A stretch of DNA of 35,863 nt, from positions 1 to 35,863 of the IMG/VR virus record IMGVR_UViG_3300015203_000018; one strand, written 5' to 3'. The notes beneath the pieces were generated by a model. The model had not been told where the DNA came from, did no database searches, and worked only from the letters and a program-made list of their open reading frames with translations. The number at the start of each line of letters is the position of its first letter. The stretch's first letter is position 1. Below, piece after piece: positions 1 to 8,862 of the stretch. This DNA is from a virus. Lineage: Duplodnaviria; Caudoviricetes. The position numbers were made by a program, and so were the translations under genes.

Positions 1-1256
1 CGGGTAAATATATCGTCGCGTGCCGTCTTAGATACATCACCATTGACTAACTCTACTGTATGGCGTTCTGCTAAATGGTTCACGATCATCTGCATAGCAA
101 ACTTAAATGGCGCAAAGATAATTACCTTACCCTGTGCGCCTTCCACTAGTTCGTCTAGAGCATCTAAGCGAGACTTAGGGTTTAGGTATACCGCATTGCC
201 CGCATCGTCTTTTACTACTCCGCACATTATCTGTTGCAGTTTAACTAACTTAACTGCTGCATTGACCGCGCTAATTTCTACTTCTTCATCTTCGTGCCGC
301 ATCTTCGCCTTAACCGCATCGAATACCGTTTTTTGTTCGTGCGACATTGAACACATACGATCATTGTACGTTACTGGCGGTAGGTGGCTTAGACATTGTT
401 CTTTAGTAAATCGTATCGCAGGCTGCATTAGCCCCATAACCCTTTCAGTTGCGCCGTCCCTCGGTACCCACTTATAAGGCCCGCGTTGTCGCATTAGGGT
501 TTCTTGGAATAACTTGAAGCTAGCTGGTATCGCTTCTGGACATACTAGTTTAATCAAGCCGTACGCATCTGTCGGAGCGTTAGGGGTTGGCGTACCCGTA
601 AGTAGCCACAGCCTAGTATCCGCCCCTATAATCTGTTTAAGCTTTTTGTATCTTTTATTCTGTGGATTACAATACGCACTTGCTTCGTCTATGATAATAA
701 GGTCGGGCTTCCACTGTTCTAGCTGCTTATTAATTGTGACCACACCATCGAAGTTAATTATCGCCAATTCTTTAGCGGATGAAATTAACTCTATCTTCTT
801 CTCGCGCTTACCTACTAACGTAGTTACGTTTAGGTGGGGCAACGTACTAAATGCTTCTTTAGCCCATACGTTCATCACGCTTACGGGGCAGATAACTAAC
901 ACCCGCTTGATACGTCCGCGCTGCCTAAGATAGTCCATAGCCCACAGTGCAGCGGCGGTCTTACCTGTACGCATGGCGTTGAAGCAGAAACACCTACGAT
1001 GCAGCGTTAGAAACTCCGCTGTCGTAACTTGGTGCCGCATTGGCGTATATCGGCCAGTAAACGTAAAGCCGTCATACAGTAACGGGCTAGGGGCATCCAT
1101 GCCCAAGTTACGTAGTACCTTCGCAGCTTCCAGTGTATGTTTAACCGCTACTATGTTATGGCCCTTAAAGCGCAAAAACTTAGCGTGCGGCATTACATCC
1201 AAAATAGGCTGGGGGTAATCTACCGATAAGACTAGCGCACCGTTACGTACTAGCAT
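1..1256 (-). CDS. SNF2-like (SF2) DNA helicase, 3' end truncated by the window edge
   Basis: Missed by the ORF track. Manual translation from ATG at 1256: MLVRNGALVLSV...MRHQVTTAEFLTLHRRCFCFNAMRTGKT (motif I)...RVLVICPVSV (Ia)...LIIIDEAS (II)...WLLTGTP (III). The plus-strand ORFs here are antisense shadows. Confidence 0.92.
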   Translation of the reverse strand, partial: MLVRNGALVLSVDYPQPILDVMPHAKFLRFKGHNIVAVKHTLEAAKVLRNLGMDAPSPLLYDGFTFTGRYTPMRHQVTTAEFLTLHRRCFCFNAMRTGKTAAALWAMDYLRQRGRIKRVLVICPVSVMNVWAKEAFSTLPHLNVTTLVGKREKKIELISSAKELAIINFDGVVTINKQLEQWKPDLIIIDEASAYCNPQNKRYKKLKQIIGADTRLWLLTGTPTPNAPTDAYGLIKLVCPEAIPASFKLFQETLMRQRGPYKWVPRDGATERVMGLMQPAIRFTKEQCLSHLPPVTYNDRMCSMSHEQKTVFDAVKAKMRHEDEEVEISAVNAAVKLVKLQQIMCGVVKDDAGNAVYLNPKSRLDALDELVEGAQGKVIIFAPFKFAMQMIVNHLAERHTVELVNGDVSKTARDDIFT

Positions 1257-1551
1257 AGGACTCTAGCGCTGCTTTAAGGTACTGTATACTATGCTCGTCT
1301 ACTACCATGTAGGTTCCCTTATGCTTCTGTACCTTAGCCATCCATGCTAACTGCATTTCTGTTTGCTTGTTCCTACCAAACTTCGTTTCTATTTCTAGGT
1401 ACCGTCCATAGGCGCAGCACACAAAGTCTGATACGCCAACCCTACCGAACCCACTTGCGCTGGGCATGTGGTACAAGATACCTAACTCTTTCAGTATCTC
1501 TATTACGTCCTGCTTAACGTGCGCTTCCTTCTCGTAGGTTCTACGCATCAT
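1243..1551 (-). CDS. VRR-NUC domain nuclease
   Basis: E..VK..VI..LK...GVSDFVCC..GRYLEIETK...QTEMQ is a VRR-NUC PD-(D/E)xK pattern, and the gene sits next to the SNF2 helicase. Start taken at ATG 1551, which has a GGAG RBS and overlaps the upstream stop (ORF track gives 1569). Confidence 0.85.
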   Translation of the reverse strand: MMRRTYEKEAHVKQDVIEILKELGILYHMPSASGFGRVGVSDFVCCAYGRYLEIETKFGRNKQTEMQLAWMAKVQKHKGTYMVVDEHSIQYLKAALESYAST

Positions 1552-1847
1552 GTATGCTCCGCTACCCATTTAGCGTACGCCGCATCTACGTCTATCTTGT
1601 AGAGCGCCGCATCCGCCGCTGGTGATCCTGATACGTCACAGTCCCGCAGTATATCTAACTTAAGTCCGTCTACATAATTAAATATAGGACTCTGCGGCTT
1701 CGGATCGGGGAACGTAAAGCGTAAACCTATGTTACATACTTCCTCACTATGCCATACTTCGATTTCTGTTTTCTCTGCCGTATACCCTAGCCCGCTAAGT
1801 GCTAGAATAATCTGCTCTGCGTATAAATTTGCCGTGCTAATAAACAT
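1548..1847 (-). CDS. hypothetical protein
   Basis: 99 aa ORF tightly packed in the minus-strand operon, with a GAGG RBS. Confidence 0.7.
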   Translation of the reverse strand: MFISTANLYAEQIILALSGLGYTAEKTEIEVWHSEEVCNIGLRFTFPDPKPQSPIFNYVDGLKLDILRDCDVSGSPAADAALYKIDVDAAYAKWVAEHT

Positions 1848-1849
1848 AT

Positions 1850-2131
1850 TTATCCCTCAGTTGGGCTTGCATACCATTGCGCTACAAGGTGGTATAATCC
1901 GTCTACGGTTAGCGCGTCTAATTCTTCCTGTTCTTCGGGGCTGGATGCTGTAGTCTTTTCAAAGGCTAGGAAAGCCTCGTCTATTTCTTCTGTCCTACTT
2001 TGTATTTCTTCGTAAGGCCCATGTTGCAAGGAGCGTATAGCAGCACTAAGCCATTCGTATCTATGCTCTAGCCCTAGAGCTATACCCATAGAAGCGTATT
2101 GGCAGAATATTGTTTGCTGTTCGGGGGTCAT
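1850..2131 (-). CDS. hypothetical protein
   Basis: 93 aa ORF whose start overlaps the upstream stop (TAATG). Confidence 0.7.
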   Translation of the reverse strand: MTPEQQTIFCQYASMGIALGLEHRYEWLSAAIRSLQHGPYEEIQSRTEEIDEAFLAFEKTTASSPEEQEELDALTVDGLYHLVAQWYASPTEG

Positions 2132-2805
2132 TAGTATTTCCTCTTAGGCTGCCAATGCCTACACGTCTTTACAGGACACCAGCCGCGACACAATCCGCTA
2201 GGTTTCTCCGGCCATGCATTATGTTGTTCACTCCACATCATGTTAGCGACACCTTCCGTAAATTGCTGCATAATCTCTGGTATCTCGTCGCGCATAAGTA
2301 TCTTACTAGTCGGCCTACTCGGTTCCTGAAACCACGTAAATAGGGTGATTACCTTCTCTACCTCTGGGAAGTTCGCAAAGACTAGTACGCCCATCATATC
2401 TAACTGCAATGACGCGGGTTTACGTTTTCCGGTTTTCCAGTCGTTAGCTAAGGCGTTCTTACCGTTAACCTTAACTAAGTCACCTATCCCGCGCATGTAG
2501 GCGTCTGGGGCATCGAAGGCGCACGGCTCTAGGTTTATTGTTGCGGCTAGCTGTATCTCTACGTACGTATCGCCCCTAGCGTGTATAATCTTGTCTGCTA
2601 CGGGGCTAAAGTGTTTCATCCTATCCGGCAAATCTACGCCTGTATTCGCCCTATCTTCTAAAGCCTTATGTACGTCCGTACCCCATACCGTATGTTCCGT
2701 AGGTTCCTCTACGAACGTCCGTGCTATCTTTGTTTCGTAGAATTGGCGCGGACAAGTTTGGTAGTGATTGTAACTACTGAAACTCCACGGAATTACGGGC
2801 TTCAT
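2131..2805 (-). CDS. Cas4/RecB-like PD-(D/E)xK exonuclease with a probable 4Fe-4S cluster
   Basis: WSFSS..YQTCPRQFY, GTDVHKALE, GIGDL, DWKTGK, QL; one N-terminal Cys and a C-terminal CRGWCPVKTC. Confidence 0.85.
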   Translation of the reverse strand: MKPVIPWSFSSYNHYQTCPRQFYETKIARTFVEEPTEHTVWGTDVHKALEDRANTGVDLPDRMKHFSPVADKIIHARGDTYVEIQLAATINLEPCAFDAPDAYMRGIGDLVKVNGKNALANDWKTGKRKPASLQLDMMGVLVFANFPEVEKVITLFTWFQEPSRPTSKILMRDEIPEIMQQFTEGVANMMWSEQHNAWPEKPSGLCRGWCPVKTCRHWQPKRKY

Positions 2806-3137
2806 GCGGCGGGGTGCCTTGTAGTATCCATGCCATCAAACTGTTCTAGATACGTAAGTATATCCACGACTACTCCCTTAGACTCTAGCCTATTAAGCGG
2901 ATTACCGATTACCATGAATCCTTGTACTTCGTTTCTAGTATCTAGTCTTACCATTACTACTGAACTTAGGTCGGCAAACGCCGGATCGCCTGCGTCTATC
3001 TTTTCCGCAAGCCTACGCAGCATACCCGCAATATCATTTAGCTTAGGCCCAAGCGGGGTAGGATCGTCTACGGCTTTGAGGGGCATCACGCCCCCTTGCT
3101 TGGCGGCTGTGGCATAGGCGTCTGCCCGCTGCCCCAT
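2802..3137 (-). CDS. hypothetical protein
   Basis: In-operon ORF with an ATGA overlap to the downstream gene. The real start may be nearer 3086-3089. Confidence 0.55.
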   Translation of the reverse strand: MGQRADAYATAAKQGGVMPLKAVDDPTPLGPKLNDIAGMLRRLAEKIDAGDPAFADLSSVVMVRLDTRNEVQGFMVIGNPLNRLESKGVVVDILTYLEQFDGMDTTRHPAA

Positions 3138-3403
3138 AGGTCACTGTTAAGGCCCATAGCTAACCGGGTATGCACCATACTTAATACGCCCATTGCTTCT
3201 ATCGGGGACGTAGTATTCTTTACTACGTGCAGTAGTACCTGATTGCCTAAATCGTACAGTCTAGCTGCTTCTTCCTGCCGCGCCTTACGCTCTGCATCTT
3301 CCGGCGATATTGGCGGATTGATCGGTACAACCTTAGCACTTTCAACGTTAGGCTTAAGTACGTGTTTCTCTGGCGGCATTATAATCTTCGGTGTGTCGGT
3401 CAC
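3086..3403 (-). CDS. hypothetical protein
   Basis: 105 aa, GTG start with an AGGAG RBS. Confidence 0.7.
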   Translation of the reverse strand: MTDTPKIIMPPEKHVLKPNVESAKVVPINPPISPEDAERKARQEEAARLYDLGNQVLLHVVKNTTSPIEAMGVLSMVHTRLAMGLNSDLWGSGQTPMPQPPSKGA

Positions 3404-3419
3404 TTTAGTTCTCCTTTAC

Positions 3420-4313
3420 TTACATATCGCGGCGGTCGCGGAATGCGACAAAAGTAGGAAACCGTGGCTTGTCTTTAACGCCTACGGTAAAGTGCTTGTA
3501 CTTAACGATTTTCCCAATAAGGTATTTACGTCCTTCCCACAAGTTTCTACGTTGCTCTGCGGTGAAGCCGGTGCCACAATCGAATTCAACTCCCGTAACC
3601 AAGTCTCTAACACGCAAGGCTCCGAGTATTCCGGCAGCGGTTTTGTTTTCTTGGTGGCTACTGCGCTTGGTAAATCCGCGTTCATCTGTCGTGGCCTCGT
3701 TGTCGTTGTGCATCTGTTCGATAGTGTCTAGTACTACCGCCTCGCCGTCACTAAACCGCTTCACCTTAAGCAAGTAGCCCTCTTTTAGAGTACTTCTATT
3801 CTGCTTATACGGCCCGTTCGGATCGCGGAGCATGATGCCTTCATAGCCTAAGTTAACGCTATCTTCCTCAAATGCTTTAAGCTCGTTAAGATTGTCGATG
3901 CGTCTGTGGGGCACCCACAACATCGGGATACCGGCTTGGGCATTTACTGTTGCGGCTAATCTAGCTACCTGCGCTCTCTCGCGGTACGGGCCGGGTTCGT
4001 CCCACTTGTCAAAGATAAACCACTTCACGTCCGGTTCGCCGTCTATAGACATAACCCCACTAGTCGTTTGCTGCATCAGGTTCTTATCCCACGGATTACC
4101 TACGACAAGTTCACCGTCGAGTCCGTGAAAACGTGGGCCTCCAAAAATAGCGCCTGTATAGTCATTCGGTATCGGCTTCATGCTACGGCTACGCAATTCA
4201 CCTTTTACATTCGTCGCTCTAATTCCGTCGATCTTTACAGACGCTAGCAGCGGGTACCGTAAAGTACTTAAGTCTTTACAAGCCGTAGCTAGCATTACCC
4301 TTTTCAAGTCCAT
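3420..4313 (-). CDS. ATP-dependent DNA ligase
   Basis: Motifs KIDGIR (adenylated Lys), LDGEL, FIFD, EGIMLR, LLKVK, and an OB domain ending in PRFP. Confidence 0.95.
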   Translation of the reverse strand: MDLKRVMLATACKDLSTLRYPLLASVKIDGIRATNVKGELRSRSMKPIPNDYTGAIFGGPRFHGLDGELVVGNPWDKNLMQQTTSGVMSIDGEPDVKWFIFDKWDEPGPYRERAQVARLAATVNAQAGIPMLWVPHRRIDNLNELKAFEEDSVNLGYEGIMLRDPNGPYKQNRSTLKEGYLLKVKRFSDGEAVVLDTIEQMHNDNEATTDERGFTKRSSHQENKTAAGILGALRVRDLVTGVEFDCGTGFTAEQRRNLWEGRKYLIGKIVKYKHFTVGVKDKPRFPTFVAFRDRRDM

Positions 4314-4316
4314 CGT

Positions 4317-4598
4317 TTATCTCCTTCCTTTGGTCGAACGTAGTTTATTTTCCAAGCGTGTTGTCAGTTCCTCGTATACCCTCTGGGCTAGGTGTTTCAG
4401 GTCTACAGTTTCTTCGTCGAAGTATCCTTCGGAATACGCTGTCTCTGCAAACTCTTTTCCGCCTTCGTCTAACCTAAAGGTAAATAGTACGCGGTCGCCT
4501 TTAAGCGGTTGCCGCTGCATGGTAACAGTCTGGCCCTTACAGGCTTTCTGTAGTGCCGTGCATATCTTTAGGACGCGATGTAAGGTAGCATCATCCAC
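4317..4598 (-). CDS. hypothetical protein
   Basis: 93 aa operon ORF sharing TAYSxxxF with the upstream ORF. Confidence 0.7.
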   Translation of the reverse strand: MDDATLHRVLKICTALQKACKGQTVTMQRQPLKGDRVLFTFRLDEGGKEFAETAYSEGYFDEETVDLKHLAQRVYEELTTRLENKLRSTKGRR

Positions 4599-4869
4599 CG
4601 ATAAGTACCTTAAAGTCCTTAAAGATTCTTGTTGCTTTCTCGCTGATGTTTTCTTTAGTAACGCTCAGGAAAAACTCGTCGCTATACGCCGTAGTTAATT
4701 CCTGACTGCTGGCGCTAATCCCTTCCGGCTTCATAGCTATTTCAATATAGCCTGTATCCCCACTGGCGTACCTGCGTACGTATGGCGTATGCTTAGGTAG
4801 TTTCTTAGCTACCGCTGCGGCTATCCTGTTGGCGACTTCCATCGCTTTGATACTCTGTTCTTCGGTCAT
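4591..4869 (-). CDS. hypothetical protein
   Basis: 92 aa with a GGGAG RBS. Confidence 0.7.
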   Translation of the reverse strand: MTEEQSIKAMEVANRIAAAVAKKLPKHTPYVRRYASGDTGYIEIAMKPEGISASSQELTTAYSDEFFLSVTKENISEKATRIFKDFKVLIGG

Positions 4870-4880
4870 AATATGCTCCC

Positions 4881-6812
4881 TTAAGTTTTCGCTTCGCCGT
4901 ATCTAATTGCTGTGCCGCAAGAAACACCTAACGGCAACCCCGGTAGGCAGTCTGGTGTATTGCCCATAATCCTACTAGCGGTTTCTATAAACAGCTTCTC
5001 GCTACCCTCTGGTACCATACATACAAGTTCATCGTATGTAGTCATTACTACTCGGAATATCTTATTAAGCAGTACCTTATGGGTTTTCATTATCCAAGCC
5101 GATAGGGCTTGACAGATATTCTCCGTGACCTTACCCCCAAACAGCTTAACACACTTCCCACCGTCTAGGTAGGTAAGCTGCCCCTCTGGGTCTTTAGCTA
5201 AACCGGGATACTTAATGTAGAGTCCGCCCGGTAGTCTAATACCCGGCGACTTAAATAACGGTTCGTACCCTGCGTATACTATCGGCGTACCTGTAAATGG
5301 AAGCGCTAATTCTTCATCTACGTTACCGTCTAGCAGCGTGTTAACTGCTAGGTTTGCCTGCTTCCAGAATTTAACTACTCCCTTGTAGGTCTGCCTATAC
5401 AGCCTAACGATACTCTCAGCAAACTCTGGCGTTATATTCTTGATACCGCTAGACTTACAATACTCAATAAATCGTGCGGCCCCCATACCGTAGCCTAGTC
5501 CTAGTACGGCTGACTTAGCTATCTGTCTTTCTGCTGGGTGTGTGGCTTCGCTAATCTCTATACCGTAAATCTTAGTACCGAAATATGCATAGATATCGCC
5601 GCCTTCCGCCATTAGTTTTAGCGACTTTGCTTCTTCGCTATCTGGCCCAGCTAATTGCATTCCTAGCCATAGTACTAGCCTGCATTCAATCTGCTTATAG
5701 TCGGCTACTCCTAGTGTGTATGGGTCGGGGGCGTAGATCGCCTTCCGTAGCGTTCCCTTGCGTTTTAGGTTCATGGGGTTGCCCCCGCCGCCATCGTTGC
5801 CGCTGTAGCGCTGCGTGACCTTAGCGCCCGCGTAGTTGTATCCTACAGGCCATAGCCCCCGGCCTGCCGCGTCCCGGTACCGAACGGCCCGCGTTTCTTC
5901 AATGGTACTCTTTAACTCTAGTCGTGCAGCGACTAACGCCTGTACGTCTGGATCGTCATGCTCTAGTAAAGCCTTATGCGCTTCGTCTGTCTTAGCGAAT
6001 GCGTAGGATATTTTACCTGTCTTAGCGGATATCTTCGTAGGCGGTGTGACGCCTAGATTCTCTAAGGCTTCTGCATACTGATTATTAGACATAAGCATAT
6101 CGCGGGACGTAAGCCCTGCATTAGCTAATGCGTCTATTTTATTCTGTTTTACTTCCTCTATATAGCTATCCAGCATATCCCCATCAAGGTATAGCTGCGG
6201 GTCGGTGAACGCTCGTATTGTCCAGTCCAAAGATGATAGTTCTTCCTTTGGGAAGTACGGCATTAACTTCCTAAATATGGCGTTAGTTAGTACTACGTCA
6301 CCCGCCTCTAGCATTTGCTTCTGCTCGTTCCACCGTGGCTCACCAATGGTGTAGTCGGCTAGCCTATCTTCGATATGCTGCGGAAGGTCGCGGTAGTTAT
6401 ACGCCTTAGCTAACTCGTCCATCTTGGTCATGCCGCAAAGCTTCTCGGCCACGTACTTTAATCCGTGCCTAGCTAACTGCGGGCCTAGCAGCGCTCTACT
6501 TAAGCCTAGTGTATCTATATACAGCTTCGGGTATATACCGTAATGGTGCGCTAGGATAAAGCCATCGAATTGTAAGTTATGGCCTACTAGCGCGCATTCC
6601 TCTAGCTTCAGTCTACGTAGCACTGTCTCTGCGTGCCTGTGCGTAACCCACTTCGCAGGGCCACAGTTAATACTAACCCCGAAACCGTGAAGCTTAAACC
6701 GTTCGTCGCGTACATACTTCTCGGTAGTCATATCCTTATTGGATAGACTATAGCCGTCGCCGTAGAATGTTTCTATATCGCAGGTTATGACTCGCACGGA
6801 CAAAGCTCCCAT
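4881..6812 (-). CDS. polA: family A DNA polymerase with 3'-5' exonuclease domain
   Basis: Exo I CDIET, Exo II HNLQFD, motif A DYKQIECR, motif B RQIAKSAVLGLGYG, motif C TTYDELV. The true start may be GTG 6797, which follows GGAG. Confidence 0.95.
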   Translation of the reverse strand: MGALSVRVITCDIETFYGDGYSLSNKDMTTEKYVRDERFKLHGFGVSINCGPAKWVTHRHAETVLRRLKLEECALVGHNLQFDGFILAHHYGIYPKLYIDTLGLSRALLGPQLARHGLKYVAEKLCGMTKMDELAKAYNYRDLPQHIEDRLADYTIGEPRWNEQKQMLEAGDVVLTNAIFRKLMPYFPKEELSSLDWTIRAFTDPQLYLDGDMLDSYIEEVKQNKIDALANAGLTSRDMLMSNNQYAEALENLGVTPPTKISAKTGKISYAFAKTDEAHKALLEHDDPDVQALVAARLELKSTIEETRAVRYRDAAGRGLWPVGYNYAGAKVTQRYSGNDGGGGNPMNLKRKGTLRKAIYAPDPYTLGVADYKQIECRLVLWLGMQLAGPDSEEAKSLKLMAEGGDIYAYFGTKIYGIEISEATHPAERQIAKSAVLGLGYGMGAARFIEYCKSSGIKNITPEFAESIVRLYRQTYKGVVKFWKQANLAVNTLLDGNVDEELALPFTGTPIVYAGYEPLFKSPGIRLPGGLYIKYPGLAKDPEGQLTYLDGGKCVKLFGGKVTENICQALSAWIMKTHKVLLNKIFRVVMTTYDELVCMVPEGSEKLFIETASRIMGNTPDCLPGLPLGVSCGTAIRYGEAKT

Positions 6813-7330
6813 TCGCTTTCAAGATTAAACGGAATAGTAATTTCTATTTTATGCGACTGTACTCTGTACCCTTCCGGGCCTATTGCTTCTACTATGTAGC
6901 GGCTATAGTCTCTCGCTTCAGAATCCAAGCTAGGACGTATGCAATCGCCGTACCAAAATTTGCGTTTCGCCATACGTCCAATAAGCGCTTCGCCTATAGT
7001 CGGCGCACCAATTAAATGCGCTTCGCTTAATGTTTTCGGTGCTGGCCTCGTTTCTATAAGCTTCGGGAACGGTAAACCGTTCTGCGCCCAGTTAAGATAC
7101 ACCGCAGCCTTAGCTAAGTCCTCTGCGCCATTCTTGTACGCAGCACGCGCGTTGTATTTCATCCAGTTACCCATGCAGTACGCCTTAAAGCCTTCCGGCC
7201 CAAGCGTCTGCGCGATAGCATAGATCGTTTCTATATAGCCCTGTGTGTAGTGGGCAGGGCTGTTAACGGATTCCTGTCCCGGTTTCTGCACTGTTTCATT
7301 CACGAAGTTATAGGGCTTATTCATCCCCAT
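6785..7330 (-). CDS. DUF3310 (T7 gp1.7-like nucleotide kinase) domain protein with C-terminal extension
   Basis: VNSPAHY...IETI...YCMGNWMKY..RA..KNGAEDLAKA..YL is the DUF3310 signature. Confidence 0.85.
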   Translation of the reverse strand: MGMNKPYNFVNETVQKPGQESVNSPAHYTQGYIETIYAIAQTLGPEGFKAYCMGNWMKYNARAAYKNGAEDLAKAAVYLNWAQNGLPFPKLIETRPAPKTLSEAHLIGAPTIGEALIGRMAKRKFWYGDCIRPSLDSEARDYSRYIVEAIGPEGYRVQSHKIEITIPFNLESEWELCPCES

Positions 7331-7610
7331 GCTCCCGCATAAACTCGTCGCTAACTAACATCGGAATCATTACGCAGTCCATACCTTTAGGCGCTTTCGC
7401 TTTACAGCTTTGGTACCGAGCTACGACTTGCTCCGGCGTTTGCTGCTTACCGAACGGGCCTACCGCTTCTGGCCTGTGCATGGATATATTTAGTCCGTAG
7501 CCTATAAAGGCGCTCATTATTAAGATAAACGCTACGACGATACTCGTTCGCAGTACATCCCATTTATCGCCATATTCATATAGTTTCATTAGGTTTCTCC
7601 GTGTAGACAA
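7317..7610 (-). CDS. hypothetical single-pass membrane protein
   Basis: Hydrophobic stretch SIVVAFILIMSAFIGYGL and a C-terminal Cys pair. Confidence 0.6.
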   Translation of the reverse strand: MSTRRNLMKLYEYGDKWDVLRTSIVVAFILIMSAFIGYGLNISMHRPEAVGPFGKQQTPEQVVARYQSCKAKAPKGMDCVMIPMLVSDEFMREHGDE

Positions 7611-7782
7611 TTTTACCTGCGGCTTCTATTTTCTTTTTAGCTATCTCTCTAAGCACATTGATATGTTTAGGTACCTCATAACCTATCTTTACTGCGCCAT
7701 GTTCTGAGATAGCCAGTACCCTTACTAGGATATTATCCCCAATCAATACGGCCTCTCCAACTTTGGACGTTAGTATAAGCAT
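7576..7782 (-). CDS. csrA: CsrA/RsmA-family translational regulator
   Basis: MLILTSKVGEAVLIGDNILVRVL...VKIGYEVPKHINVLREI aligns with CsrA (MLILTRRVGE..IGD.V.V.V....VRIG..APK.V.VHREE). The RNA-binding Arg44 equivalent is retained. Confidence 0.92.
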   Translation of the reverse strand: MLILTSKVGEAVLIGDNILVRVLAISEHGAVKIGYEVPKHINVLREIAKKKIEAAGKIVYTEKPNETI

Positions 7783-8003
7783 TAGATACGCTCCAATCGT
7801 TCTAACAGGTGTACCTTCGTCTTTTGGTCTAGGTACTGATGGCCGTCGTAGCTATTGTACCTGCCTATTAAATCCCTTATTTCCCTATCGCGCAGGTACT
7901 CTAGCCAGATACTCCATCTACGTGCCTGTTCGTGGACAAGCTTGTAGATTAAGCATGTAACGAATAGCTGCATGAAACAGATAAACACAAGTAAGTACAT
8001 CAT
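7782..8003 (-). CDS. hypothetical membrane protein
   Basis: N-terminal hydrophobic helix, AGGAG RBS, TAATG coupling to csrA. Confidence 0.6.
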   Translation of the reverse strand: MMYLLVFICFMQLFVTCLIYKLVHEQARRWSIWLEYLRDREIRDLIGRYNSYDGHQYLDQKTKVHLLERLERI

Positions 8004-8016
8004 GGCTCGCTCCTAT

Positions 8017-8469
8017 TCATAAGTTACTCCCGCTATGCCAACCCTTAAACTCCCGCTGTGCTATCTCTTTCGGGGATAGGTCGGGTAATAGCTGGGTAAG
8101 CGCAGCCCTAGACGCTGCCCTATGGATTATTTCTATGGCTATCTGTTCTGCCCACACGAAACTAGGATATCTAGCTAACTCAGCCTTCTCATATTCGACA
8201 AAAAACTGTACGCCTTGTGCGCCGCCTTCGTAACTAAGCTCTATGGCGATAGCGAACATGCGGCCTGATTCGCTTACTCTAACCGCAAGCTTATCTATTG
8301 TTATCTTGGATGGCCGGAAGTTCTTTTCCAGTATGCGTTCTAGTTCGCTTACCCACGGATGCGAGCTACCGTTGATAAGCTGGCTATCAGTTTTAGCTAC
8401 CGCTTTAGCTACCGCTTTAGCTACCGCTTTAGATTTCTCTATCTTCGCTATTGCTTTGCTTGGCTTCAC
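8017..8469 (-). CDS. hypothetical protein with N-terminal KAVA repeats
   Basis: 150 aa, GTG start after AGGAAGGAG. Confidence 0.7.
   Translation of the reverse strand: MKPSKAIAKIEKSKAVAKAVAKAVAKTDSQLINGSSHPWVSELERILEKNFRPSKITIDKLAVRVSESGRMFAIAIELSYEGGAQGVQFFVEYEKAELARYPSFVWAEQIAIEIIHRAASRAALTQLLPDLSPKEIAQREFKGWHSGSNL
8392..8432. repeat. 12-bp tandem repeat (TTTAGCTACCGC x3.4) encoding KAVA
   Basis: Read directly from the sequence. Confidence 0.9.
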
Positions 8470-8485
8470 GTTTATCTCCTTCCTA

Positions 8486-8560
8486 TGGTGCGTCCGGTAG
8501 GTGTCGAACCTACGACCCTCGCCGTGTAAAGGCGATGCTCTACCACTGAGCTACGAACGC
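8486..8560 (-). tRNA. tRNA-Val(UAC)
   Basis: GCGTTCG acceptor, D-loop TAGCTCAGTGGTAGAGC, anticodon arm TCGCC-TTTACAC-GGCGA, GGTTCGA T-loop, encoded CCA. Confidence 0.95.
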
Positions 8561-8561
8561 T

Positions 8562-8646
8562 TGGTGGGCATGGTCGGAATCGAACCGACACGTATTACTA
8601 CGGCAGATTTTAAGTCTGCTGCGTCTACCTATTCCGCCACACGCCC
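8562..8646 (-). tRNA. tRNA-Leu(UAA)
   Basis: GGGCGTG acceptor, TGGCGGAATAGGTAGACGC, anticodon arm GCAGA-CTTAAAA-TCTGC, long variable arm, GGTTCGATTCC, CCA; 85 nt. Confidence 0.95.
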
Positions 8647-8862
8647 GTTAATCTCTTTCATCTTCTCTGCAAAGTCTAGTATTCTTTCTATGACGGCCCA
8701 TTGACCTGCGGTTAACGTGATAAGCCCCGTACCTTTTCTAGTACCTATCTGATTGGGTTTCTCGTCTATACCTAATTGTATCCGTACGTGGGTGCGTATA
8801 CCTTCTATACTTAAGTCGGTGCATATGCTTCGTTGCTGGAAGCTCTCGGCTGGTAAGCTCAA
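8629..8862 (-). CDS. hypothetical protein (stop codon inside tRNA-Leu)
   Basis: TTG start after AGGAG, overlapping the upstream stop. Confidence 0.55.
   Translation of the reverse strand: MSLPAESFQQRSICTDLSIEGIRTHVRIQLGIDEKPNQIGTRKGTGLITLTAGQWAVIERILDFAEKMKEINGRVAE

Noticed and set aside
43-1218. Plus-strand ORFs in the left arm and minus-strand ORFs in the right arm
   Set aside because: They are antisense shadows of well-supported genes (helicase, ligase, polymerase, portal, capsid) and lack motifs and RBSs.
4881-6812. DpoZ / 2-aminoadenine (Z) genome
   Set aside because: No purZ, datZ or mazZ is recognisable in the window, and I cannot assign the polymerase to DpoZ by eye. It remains only one untested explanation for the composition.
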